A DNA stretch of 30,172 bases from Candidatus Krumholzibacteriota bacterium (GTDB lineage: Bacteria > Krumholzibacteriota > Krumholzibacteriia > LZORAL124-64-63), in contig JBDLKA010000036.1 of NCBI GenBank assembly GCA_039714075.1, positions 1 to 30,172 on the forward strand, written 5' to 3'. Numbering within the stretch: position 1 is the first letter of the stretch; each line of letters starts with the position of its first letter. Both the position numbers and the translations under genes were made by a program. Shown here piece by piece: positions 17,781-26,434 of the stretch. The notes under the pieces were generated by a model that saw only the letters and a program-made list of their open reading frames with translations, was not told the DNA's origin and ran no database searches.

Positions 17781-18925
17781 TCCCGAACACGCCGGCAGAT
17801 CCCGCTTCCGGAAACGGAAAGGCAGGGGTCCATCCGCCGGTCCGTGTTCTGATCACCGGAGGCGGCACAGGAGGCCATGTCTATCCGGGACTGGCGGTGG
17901 CCGGCGCCCTGGAAAAGCTCGCGCCGGGGTCCGACATCCGGTTCGCGGGAACATCGCGCGGTATCGAATCGGTTCTGGTGCCCCGGGCCGGTTATCGTTT
18001 CACGACCTTGCCCGCCTCGGGATTGCGTGGTCTCGGCGGCCGGGCCCGGTTTCTGTTTCTGTTCAATTTTTTCCTGGGATTTTTCCGCAGCGTGCTGATG
18101 TTTCTGGTGTGGCGGCCCCGGGTCGTGCTCGGTACCGGAGGCTATGTCAGCGCGCCGGTGATGCTGGCGGCCAGGTCGCTGGGCATTCCCTGCGCACTGC
18201 AGGAACAGAACGCGATCCCCGGTTCGACGAACCGCCTGGTGGCACGGTGGGCACGCCGGATCTATCTGGGGTTCCCCGGAGCGGCCCGCTATTTCAAGGC
18301 CGACCGCTGCCGGGAAACAGGCAACCCGGTGCGGTCCGGATTCCTGACCGCAGCCGGTGAAGGCAACCCGGTCGCTGCCGGCGGAGTGAAGCACCTTTTG
18401 GTTTTCGGCGGCAGCCGCGGCGCCGCGACCCTCAACGCCGCGGTCGTCGAGGCGGCTGCCGCCTGGGGCGGGCGCGATGACCTGTCGATCCTGATCCAGA
18501 CCGGTCCCGCCGCTCACGCGTCCGTGGCCGCGGCGTTTGACGCGGCGTCATCCGAGCGGATCAGGGTCGTACCTTATATCGAGGACATGGCCACGGAACT
18601 GAAACGGGCCGACCTCGTGGTATCAAGGGCGGGGGCCATGACCCTGGCCGAACTCCAGTGCGTCGGCCGGCCGGCGGTGCTGGTCCCGTTTCCCTTTGCC
18701 ACGGACGACCACCAGCTGCGCAACGCCGAGGATTGCGCCGCGGCCGGCGCGGCGGTGGTCCTGAAGGATGACCAGTGCGACGGAATGACCCTGGTCGGCC
18801 TGGTGGACGAGTTGCTGGCCGACCCGTCCCGCCTACAGGGCATGGCCGCGGCGGCCGCGGGCCTGGCCCGGCCCCGGGCCGCGGTCGCTATCGCCGAAGA
18901 TCTGTTGGAACTTGCCGCGGGGTGA
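17777..18925 (+). CDS. murG: Undecaprenyl-PP-MurNAc-pentapeptide GlcNAc transferase MurG
   Basis: GGGTGGHVYPG, GTGGYVS, EQNAIPG, TGNPVR, GGSRGA, SRAGA and HQLRNA. ATG 17777 overlaps the ftsW stop. Confidence 0.96.
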   Translation: MIPNTPADPASGNGKAGVHPPVRVLITGGGTGGHVYPGLAVAGALEKLAPGSDIRFAGTSRGIESVLVPRAGYRFTTLPASGLRGLGGRARFLFLFNFFLGFFRSVLMFLVWRPRVVLGTGGYVSAPVMLAARSLGIPCALQEQNAIPGSTNRLVARWARRIYLGFPGAARYFKADRCRETGNPVRSGFLTAAGEGNPVAAGGVKHLLVFGGSRGAATLNAAVVEAAAAWGGRDDLSILIQTGPAAHASVAAAFDAASSERIRVVPYIEDMATELKRADLVVSRAGAMTLAELQCVGRPAVLVPFPFATDDHQLRNAEDCAAAGAAVVLKDDQCDGMTLVGLVDELLADPSRLQGMAAAAAGLARPRAAVAIAEDLLELAAG

Positions 18926-18965
18926 TCCCCGGCGACCGCTCCGTTCAAGAGAGAGGATTGGATTC

Positions 18966-20423
18966 TTGTCCCGCCAGAAGAACCCCGAATTGCCCAAAGA
19001 CATGTTGCGCGGCATGTTCCGCGACATGAGCCACAAGATGTTCCGCAACACCCGGCATATCCATCTGGTGGCCATCGGCGGGGTGGGCATGAGCGGCATC
19101 GCCGAAGTCCTGCTGAATCTCGGCTTCACCGTCAGCGGCAGCGATCTGCATGAAACGCAGGTCACCGAACGGCTGGTCGGATTGGGGGCGCGGGTTTTCA
19201 CCGGCCATGACCCGGCCAACATCACCGGTGCCGATGTCGTGGTGCGGTCCTCGGCCGTGACCGAGGCCAACAGCGAAGTGACCGCGGCGCGCAGCCGCCG
19301 GATTCCGGTCATCCGCCGCGCGGAAATGCTGGCGGAACTCATGCGGCTCAAATACGGGATCGCTGTGGCGGGCTCCCACGGCAAGACGACCACGACCAGC
19401 CTGGTGGCCGCGGTCATGGCGGCCGGCGAACTGGACCCGACCGTCATCGTGGGCGGCCAGGTCCGGGCCATGGGTTCCAACGCGGTACTGGGTGCGGGGG
19501 ACCACCTGGTGGCCGAGGCCGACGAAAGCGACGGCACCTTCCTGCACCTGACGCCCACCATTGCCGTGGTGACGAACATCGACCACGAACACGTGGATTT
19601 CTATCCCGACATGGACTCCCTGCGGGACGCGTTCCGGGAGTTCCTTCTGCGGATCCCCTTCTACGGCGCCTGTGTCCTGTGTGTCGACGACCCTGAAGTC
19701 CGGGCCCTGCTGCCGAACCTGGACCGCAAGATCATTACCTACGGCCTGAGCGAAGGGGCACAGGTGCGGTCGGATCCGGGCATGGTCGTCACGGGTGACT
19801 TCGGGCAGGAGGCCGTGGTCTGGGCCCATGGCCAGGAGCTGGGGACCCTGCGTTTGCAGCTGCGCGGCCGGCACAATCTCCAGAACGCGCTGGCGGCCGT
19901 GGCGGTGGGCCTGGAACTGGGTGTGCCGTTCGAGCGGATCGCCTCCGGTTTGGCCGACAGCAGCGGTGTGGGACGGCGTTGCGAGGAGCACGGGGAACAC
20001 GGCGGCGTGCAGGTGGTGGATGACTACGGGCATCATCCCACCGAGGTGCTGGCCATCATGCAGGTGGCCCACGAATTCGAACGTCCGGTGGCCGTCCTCT
20101 TCCAGCCCCACCGGTTTTCCCGCACGGAAATGTTCGCCCGGGAATTCGCCGACGCCCTGGCTTCGGCAACCACCGTGGGGCTGCTGCCGGTCTATCCGGC
20201 GGGCGAGGATCCCCTGCCCGGGATCGACAGCGGTTTGATCGCCCGCCATCTGCAGGACAAGGGGCTGCGCCGGGTGAAGGTGCTCTCCGGTCCCGAAGCG
20301 ATCGTTTCCTGGCTTGACGACGAGGTGCCCGCCGGCAGCCTGGTGCTCACCCTCGGAGCGGGGGATGTCGGCCGCCGCGTGGCGGAAATCTGCAGCCATC
20401 TGGACGAAAGATCCACGCGGTGA
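18966..20423 (+). CDS. murC: UDP-MurNAc--L-Ala ligase MurC; start uncertain (TTG 18966 with SD, or ATG 19002/19014/19026/19038)
   Basis: HIHLVAIGGVGMSGIA, VAGSHGKTTTTS, AEADESDG, DDYGHHPTE, FQPHRFSRT and LGAGDV. Confidence 0.95.
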   Translation: MSRQKNPELPKDMLRGMFRDMSHKMFRNTRHIHLVAIGGVGMSGIAEVLLNLGFTVSGSDLHETQVTERLVGLGARVFTGHDPANITGADVVVRSSAVTEANSEVTAARSRRIPVIRRAEMLAELMRLKYGIAVAGSHGKTTTTSLVAAVMAAGELDPTVIVGGQVRAMGSNAVLGAGDHLVAEADESDGTFLHLTPTIAVVTNIDHEHVDFYPDMDSLRDAFREFLLRIPFYGACVLCVDDPEVRALLPNLDRKIITYGLSEGAQVRSDPGMVVTGDFGQEAVVWAHGQELGTLRLQLRGRHNLQNALAAVAVGLELGVPFERIASGLADSSGVGRRCEEHGEHGGVQVVDDYGHHPTEVLAIMQVAHEFERPVAVLFQPHRFSRTEMFAREFADALASATTVGLLPVYPAGEDPLPGIDSGLIARHLQDKGLRRVKVLSGPEAIVSWLDDEVPAGSLVLTLGAGDVGRRVAEICSHLDERSTR

Positions 20424-21211
20424 GCCGCTTTGCCGAGCGACGAACGCCGCGGCGTTCCCGGGTCGGCATGGTGCTGAGGCTGGCCCTCGGTTTTCTGGTT
20501 CTGGCAGGGGTCGGTCTCGGCTTCCGGTGGGCCCTGACCTCGTCCACCTTCGCCGTGGCCCGGGTGGAGTCCGGCGCCTATCGTTTCACTTCCCGGGCGG
20601 AACTCGAGGAAGCCTTCTCCGAGTTCCTCGGCCACAACATCTGGACCCTTTCCACCGACGAGATCGCCGTGCGCCTGGAGACCCTGCCCTGGGTGCGGGA
20701 CATGCGGGTGCGGCGGTCGTTGCCCAACACCATCGAAGTGGACTTCCGCGAGTGGCGGCCCCTGTGGCAGGTTTCGGAAATCAAGGGCGCCCACGCCGGC
20801 GGCCTGCGGCCCCTGGTCATGATCGAGGACGGGCGGATCCTGGAGTTCCCCGGCCACGTGGTCATGGCCGGTTTGCCGGTGCTGGTCGGAGTGCCCGCCG
20901 TCCGCGAGGGTGGCGACGGGGTTCTGCAGGTGGAAAAAAAACACATGAAAGAAATCATGGAACTGATTTCCGCCATGGAGGATGCGGGGATCGAATCCGT
21001 TAGTCCGGTTGATTTTGTGGTTGCCCGGAACGAAGGATACGCTATCGTCCTGCAGGACAAACGAGGCATCCTGATGGTCGGCAGGGAGGAATTCTCCGAT
21101 CGTCTGAATCGCTACATGACGGCCCGTGACTATCTGGATCCCGGCCTGGAAATCGATCTGCGATTCAAGGACAGGCTGACGGTCAAGGAATCTCCGGCCC
21201 TTGTTGATTGA
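20420..21211 (+). CDS. ftsQ: Cell division protein FtsQ/DivIB
   Basis: Single N-terminal TM, POTRA domain (LETLPWVRDMRVRRSLPNTIEV..REWRP) and C-terminal IDLRF. Lies before ftsA. Confidence 0.92.
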   Translation: MSRFAERRTPRRSRVGMVLRLALGFLVLAGVGLGFRWALTSSTFAVARVESGAYRFTSRAELEEAFSEFLGHNIWTLSTDEIAVRLETLPWVRDMRVRRSLPNTIEVDFREWRPLWQVSEIKGAHAGGLRPLVMIEDGRILEFPGHVVMAGLPVLVGVPAVREGGDGVLQVEKKHMKEIMELISAMEDAGIESVSPVDFVVARNEGYAIVLQDKRGILMVGREEFSDRLNRYMTARDYLDPGLEIDLRFKDRLTVKESPALVD

Positions 21212-21260
21212 GGAACGCCCGGTAGCGGGGTTACGGAAAAGTTTCGCGAATGGAGTCGGC

Positions 21261-22508
21261 ATGAGTCAGGGAAGACTGATTGTCGCTTGTGATTTCGGCA
21301 CGACCACCTTTCGTGCCCTCGTCACGGAGACCACCGAAAGCGGCGACCTCGAGATTCTCGGGTTCGCCCAGGAAAAAGTCGAAGGATTCCTGGACGGGGA
21401 TTTCATCGACCTGGGCAAGGGCAGCCGCTGCATCGCCCGGACCATGCGGCAACTCGAAGCCGATTCCGATATCTACGTCACCGGGTTCACCTACAATATT
21501 TCCGGCTCCCATCTGCACAGCGTGCGCGCGACCGCCCAGGTTCCCATCGGACCCGGTCCCCGGCCCATCCGCGAATCCGACCTCGAGGAGGCGCGCCGGC
21601 GGGCGCGGTCCATGTCCATTCCCTTCGACAACAAGATCCTGGCCGTCACGCCGGTGGAATACGCGGTGGACAGGGTGCGCGGCATCGTGGACCCGGTCGG
21701 CCGGATGGGCAGCCAACTCGAGATGCAGGCCCACCTGATCACCGGCTCGCGAAGCGTTCTGCACAACGTGGAAAACGCCATCGAAACGGCGAAGTACAAA
21801 CCGCTCGGGGAAGAGGTGGACGTCCTGGCGACAGGGCGGTCATTGCTGCGGCCGGTGGATCTCGAGCAGGGTGTCATCCTGGTCGACGTCGGGGGACTGG
21901 CCACCAACTGGGCCGTTTACCGCAAGGGCGCCATCGTGGCCAACGGGGTGGTCCCGCTGGGTGGGGAACACCTGACGGCGGACCTGGCCCACGGCCTGCG
22001 CATCTCCACCGCGGAGGCCGACCGGATCAAGGCCGAGCGCGGTGTCGTTCTGCGCAGCCTGGTGGACGAGGTGTCCATCCAGGTCCTGTTCGAGGAGGAG
22101 CGCCCCGAACAGACCCCCGGTTTGATCGCCGCCATTCTGGAGCCCCGCGTGGAGGAAATCTTCACCTACGTCAAGAACGATTTCGGCGACCTGCGCGAAT
22201 TGGCCGGTCTCGGGGCGGGCGTTGTCCTGACCGGCGGCGGCAGCCTGTGCCGGGGCACCCGCCAACTCTGTGAAGAGGTCTTCGATCTGCCGGTTCAAAG
22301 GCGCCATCTGCCCGACGGGCTGATCGGCGCGGAGCGTCTGCCTGCGGGCCAGTGGGCTTCGGTCCTGGGATTGAGCATGTGGGCGGCCCAGGATGCCGAA
22401 GGATTCACCGAAAATGAGCCGGGAAACGGAAGTACCGGTTTTTTGAACAGGTTACGGGGAATCTTCCGGAGCAGTGATGACGATGACGCGATGGCTGCGG
22501 AGGCCTGA
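21261..22508 (+). CDS. ftsA: Cell division protein FtsA (divergent)
   Basis: DFGTT, EYAVD...DPVGRMG, GVILVDVGG, GGEHLTADLA..L....AEADRIK, EPRVEEI, GVVLTGGGS and C-terminal amphipathic FLNRLRGIF. SD GGAG precedes ATG 21261. Confidence 0.92.
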   Translation: MSQGRLIVACDFGTTTFRALVTETTESGDLEILGFAQEKVEGFLDGDFIDLGKGSRCIARTMRQLEADSDIYVTGFTYNISGSHLHSVRATAQVPIGPGPRPIRESDLEEARRRARSMSIPFDNKILAVTPVEYAVDRVRGIVDPVGRMGSQLEMQAHLITGSRSVLHNVENAIETAKYKPLGEEVDVLATGRSLLRPVDLEQGVILVDVGGLATNWAVYRKGAIVANGVVPLGGEHLTADLAHGLRISTAEADRIKAERGVVLRSLVDEVSIQVLFEEERPEQTPGLIAAILEPRVEEIFTYVKNDFGDLRELAGLGAGVVLTGGGSLCRGTRQLCEEVFDLPVQRRHLPDGLIGAERLPAGQWASVLGLSMWAAQDAEGFTENEPGNGSTGFLNRLRGIFRSSDDDDAMAAEA

Positions 22509-22574
22509 TGATCCCGAAATCGGTGCGCGGTGCCGGAAATCGGCAATAAATGTAAAAAACAGGCAAAATAGTGC

Positions 22575-22603
22575 TTGGCGGCCGTTGATTCATGTGCTAG
22601 TTA
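22575..22603 (+). promoter_or_regulatory. Possible internal promoter for ftsZ
   Basis: AT-rich 153-bp spacer containing TTGGCG-17bp-TAGTTA with TG at the extended -10 position. The -10 is imperfect. Confidence 0.3.
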
Positions 22604-22661
22604 AGTGGAAGACACATTTTTTGCAGGGTCAGTTGCCCAACTCAAGGAGGAGGCGGGTATC

Positions 22662-24188
22662 ATGATGTTTGAGTACGCGGAAGACATCGAACGCTTGGCT
22701 GATATCAAGGTGGCGGGAGTCGGAGGAGCCGGCGGAAACGCTGTCGGACGAATGATAGAAGCAGGTCTGACGGGGGTCGAATTCCTCGCCGTCAACACGG
22801 ACCTGCAGGCCCTCAAGGATTCCCAGGCTCACCATTCCATGCAGATCGGGGCGCAGCTCACCAAAGGGCTGGGGTCCGGTGGCAAGCCCGCCATCGGCAA
22901 AGCGGCCGCCGAAGAAGACTGTGAGCAGATTGCGTCGGCCCTCAACGGGGCCGATATGGTTTTTGTGACCGCGGGCATGGGTGGGGGAACCGGCACCGGG
23001 GCCGCACCCATCATAGCGGAAATCGCCCGCAACCAGGGCGCGCTGACCGTGGGCATCGTCACCAAGCCTTTTGCCTTCGAGGGCAAGGTCCGCATGGATC
23101 AGGCCCTGGCCGGGATCGAGGAATTCAAGGCCGCCGTCGACACCCTGATCCTGATTCCCAACCAGCGTCTGCTGGAAGTTGTGCCGGCGAACACGTCGAT
23201 GCAGGAGGCCTTCCGCATCGCCGACAACGTGCTTTACGAAGCCACCCGCGGCATCTACGAAATCATTTCCCGCCACGACCATGTGAACCTCGATTTCGCC
23301 GACGTGCGTTCGGTGATGAAGGGCATGGGCGAGGCCATGATGGGCACCGGTCGCGCCGAAGGCGAAAAGCGTGCGGTCGAAGCCGCCAAGGCGGCCATCA
23401 GTTCGCCCCTGTTGGAGAACATCGACATCAACGGCAGCCAGGCCGTCCTGGTCAACGTCCTGGGCCGGGAAGTCGGTCTCGAGGACACCGCCGCGGCCAT
23501 GCAGTACATCCAGGATGCCGCCGGGCCCGAAGCCCACGTCATCTTCGGTTACGGGAACGACGAGTCCATGGGTGATACCCTGCAGGTGACCGTCATCGCC
23601 ACGGGGTTCAATCCGTCCTCCATCAATCGGCGTCCGGCCGCCACGGTGATCGCGGAGCCGACCGCGGTTGTTCCCGAACCCGAAAATGTCCGGACAGGCA
23701 TTCAGATGGAGATTCAGACGGAGGTTCAGCCCGAAGCTGGCCAGACGCCGGCTCCCGCCGGGGAATTCAGCGAGGAGGCCGCGACCTTCGAAGCCGCGGG
23801 ACCCGCGGCTGAAGTCCGTATCGAATCGATGATGGACGATCTCGACGAAGTGATGGAAGACAAACCCGAAGCAGCCCGGGTGAGCGAGGCCGCCGAGGGC
23901 TTTTTGGTGCGCGCCGCCGCCGGAGGCGGAGCCGACGAGGTTCGCCGCCTCGAGCCGCCGGCAGCACCGGAACCGGAAGTAACCGCGTCCGCCGGCGGGG
24001 AAGAGGCCGCGCAGCCGTTCCTGCGACCGGTGGGAACCCGGAGCATTGGTGAGGTGGATGCGCCGGAGTGGCCGGCCCAGCCCGCGCAACCGGCGCCCGT
24101 CAACAGGTCCGTCGCCGCGGGCCTTGGCCCCGACAATCCGGCGGACGATCTCAAGGCGCCCGCATACACCAGGAAGTATATGGACTGA
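22662..24188 (+). CDS. ftsZ: Cell division protein FtsZ with long acidic linker
   Basis: [33 protein letters not shown] and VIATGF, with C-terminal peptide [24 protein letters not shown] upstream. Confidence 0.98.
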   Translation: MMFEYAEDIERLADIKVAGVGGAGGNAVGRMIEAGLTGVEFLAVNTDLQALKDSQAHHSMQIGAQLTKGLGSGGKPAIGKAAAEEDCEQIASALNGADMVFVTAGMGGGTGTGAAPIIAEIARNQGALTVGIVTKPFAFEGKVRMDQALAGIEEFKAAVDTLILIPNQRLLEVVPANTSMQEAFRIADNVLYEATRGIYEIISRHDHVNLDFADVRSVMKGMGEAMMGTGRAEGEKRAVEAAKAAISSPLLENIDINGSQAVLVNVLGREVGLEDTAAAMQYIQDAAGPEAHVIFGYGNDESMGDTLQVTVIATGFNPSSINRRPAATVIAEPTAVVPEPENVRTGIQMEIQTEVQPEAGQTPAPAGEFSEEAATFEAAGPAAEVRIESMMDDLDEVMEDKPEAARVSEAAEGFLVRAAAGGGADEVRRLEPPAAPEPEVTASAGGEEAAQPFLRPVGTRSIGEVDAPEWPAQPAQPAPVNRSVAAGLGPDNPADDLKAPAYTRKYMD

Positions 24189-24189
24189 T

Positions 24190-25890
24190 ATGTCTCTGTG
24201 GGGACGAATCCTCGGCAACCGGCGCAACCGGGCGTGCGCCGAAGGTGTTTCCCTGCTTGAACAGGGACGTTATGCCGAAGCCGTCGATCTCCTGCGCAAG
24301 GCGGCCCTGGATTCTTCCGCCCATCCCACCGGTTCCCTGGCCTCGTTCCATTTTCGTCAGGCTCTCGTCGCCCAGGGACGCCGCCACCTGCAGGCCGGCG
24401 ACAACGAGGATGCGATCCGGTATTTCGACGAAGCGGTCGAACACTGGGACCAGTATCCGGATCTTCACTGCCTGCTGGGCGCGTCCCGGGGCAGGGACGG
24501 CGACTGGGACGCGGCCCTGAACGGGGCCCGGACCGCCTTGCGGCGAAATCCCGACTATGCGGAAGCCCGCCTGCTGGAAACCGTCGCGCTGCAGAAGTTG
24601 GAGCGGTTGGTGGAAGCGGCCGACAGCCTGAACGCCCTGGTGGAATCCGGCCGGCGCGTCGAGCACTGGCTGATCAGCGGCCTGGAGGGTAAAAACCGGT
24701 TCACCCCGCAGGAATTGCCGGACGATCTGGAAGATCTGCTCATCAATTCCCTGAGCGGCCATTCCGAAAAGGAAGAGGTCGCCGCGGCGGTGGCCCAGTG
24801 CCGGGCGGGGCACTGGCAGGAGGGGCTGGACCGTTTTGCGGACCTGGTCAAAAAAAGGCCCCGCTATCCCGATTACCGCACCCGGCATTCCGCCGCCCTG
24901 TTCCAGGTGGGCCGCAACACCGAGGCTCTCGCCGAAGTCGATGCCGCCCTGGCGCTGAACGAAACCTACCGCACCGCCATCAACCTGAAGGGACTGATCC
25001 TCGCGGACGTAGGCCGTCTGCGCGAGGCGCGGGAATTCCTCGAGGCCGCCGATGATGCCGCCGGCCGGGGGAGTCAGCCGGCGGCCCATGAAGAGCTTTT
25101 CGGAGCATACCTGCGCGGCGTGCTGGCGCTGTTGAGCGGCCGGCCCCGTCGTGTGGAAGAGCTGCTGGGCCCCTGGGGTGATCTGGTCAAGAACTTCGCG
25201 CGGGCGGAACTCCTGCTGGCCGCGGCGGAGGATCTGCGGGGAAGCAGCCGGGCCTGCGGTCTGCGGCTGGCCGGGCTGGCCGAGGAATGGACGGCCGAAC
25301 CCATCTACTTTTTCCTGCTGGCCAGCCACCATCTTCGTGAACGGCGCTACGAGGAAGCCGCGGGAGTCCTCGGCCGCTGGCCCGCCTCTTCCGCCGAACC
25401 GGACCGGCGTCCCCTGTACCTGGAGGCGCATCTGGCCCTGGCGCAGGGGAAAGCCCCCGAGTTGCCCGCCCACTCCGGGGACCATGCGCCGGAAGACGAG
25501 GCCACCGAAGCCGCTGAAGCAACGGTTCCCCGTCCCGAGGCGTGGGAATTCCTGACCGCCCAGGGAGAGTTGATGAAGGGCGAAGGAGCCGCCGCCTGGA
25601 AAGCCTGCGACAACCTGATCGCCGGGGGATTTTTGACCGAACCGGTCGTCGTTGTGCAGGTCGCCGCCGCGGCCCTCTCCCCGGAGGCGGTGCCGGACGC
25701 CTGGAATCCGCCGGCCGTCCGGCCGGAATCCTGCCTGCCGGGAATGGTCTATCTGTCGTCGGGGGAAAGGGAAGGCGGCGAGGCGGCGGATTTGCTGGAG
25801 AAGTACCACACGGTGCATCCCGAACAGGTGACCCTGCAGTGGCTGCGGCCGGCCTTCTGGTTTGATCCGGTCCGCAACTGGATCGCCTGA
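24190..25890 (+). CDS. Tetratricopeptide repeat protein (no clear signal peptide), 566 aa
   Basis: TPR-like helices (GRYAEAVDLLRKA; YPDLHCLLG; NPDYAEARLL; YPDYRTRHS). The ATG is 1 nt after the ftsZ stop. Confidence 0.8.
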   Translation: MSLWGRILGNRRNRACAEGVSLLEQGRYAEAVDLLRKAALDSSAHPTGSLASFHFRQALVAQGRRHLQAGDNEDAIRYFDEAVEHWDQYPDLHCLLGASRGRDGDWDAALNGARTALRRNPDYAEARLLETVALQKLERLVEAADSLNALVESGRRVEHWLISGLEGKNRFTPQELPDDLEDLLINSLSGHSEKEEVAAAVAQCRAGHWQEGLDRFADLVKKRPRYPDYRTRHSAALFQVGRNTEALAEVDAALALNETYRTAINLKGLILADVGRLREAREFLEAADDAAGRGSQPAAHEELFGAYLRGVLALLSGRPRRVEELLGPWGDLVKNFARAELLLAAAEDLRGSSRACGLRLAGLAEEWTAEPIYFFLLASHHLRERRYEEAAGVLGRWPASSAEPDRRPLYLEAHLALAQGKAPELPAHSGDHAPEDEATEAAEATVPRPEAWEFLTAQGELMKGEGAAAWKACDNLIAGGFLTEPVVVVQVAAAALSPEAVPDAWNPPAVRPESCLPGMVYLSSGEREGGEAADLLEKYHTVHPEQVTLQWLRPAFWFDPVRNWIA

Positions 25891-25899
25891 GCGCTTGTC

Positions 25900-26301
25900 T
25901 CAGGCGGGTTGGTTCGTCAGGGAATCGGCCAGCAGCCTTTCGACTTCCCGGGTCAGCTTTTCCAGGTCATAGGGTTTGCTCATGTAGGCGTCGGCCTGGT
26001 ACTGGAAACCCCGCACTCGATTTCGTTCGTCCTCGCTGGCGGTGAGGATGAGGATGGGAACATCCTTGGTGTCCATGAGGCTGCGGACCCTTTTCAGGAA
26101 ACCGAAACCGTCCATGACCGGCATCATCAGATCCAGGATGACGCAATCCGGTACTTCATTCCGGATGGCCTTGAAGCCCTCCGCGCCGTTTTCGGCCTCG
26201 GTGATCCCGAAACCCCGGGTCGTCAACTGGAGCTTGAGGATGCGGCGCAGATCGGGATCGTCCTCGACGACCAGGATTCTGGGTTTCGCGACATCAGTCA
26301 T
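25900..26301 (-). CDS. Single-domain response regulator (CheY-like receiver)
   Basis: RILVVEDD, LDLMMPVMDG (phospho-Asp), PILILTA and YMSKPY. No output domain. Confidence 0.93.
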   Translation of the reverse strand: MTDVAKPRILVVEDDPDLRRILKLQLTTRGFGITEAENGAEGFKAIRNEVPDCVILDLMMPVMDGFGFLKRVRSLMDTKDVPILILTASEDERNRVRGFQYQADAYMSKPYDLEKLTREVERLLADSLTNQPA

Positions 26302-26434
26302 GGCAGTATCTTTACCCTTCCGGAAATCCGGTCCGCCGGAACTTGCGGCCGATTATTATGTTTCCCTTGAGGTTTTCGGCTGTTCGGGACGTAACTTGAA
26401 CTCAATAATCATCCTCCAAAAGGGTCTGGGGCAC

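Noticed and set aside
22629..24227. Long antisense and alternate-frame ORFs (e.g. 4435-5973, 10915-12732, 15040-16578, 22629-24227, 24151-25818, 28185-30083 on the minus strand)
   Set aside because: Shadow ORFs of well-supported genes in high-GC DNA, with no recognisable motifs.
26042..26434. Upstream extension of the TPR-PPIase ORF
   Set aside because: It overlaps the response regulator on the opposite strand. The signal-peptide-like sequence follows ATG 26435.
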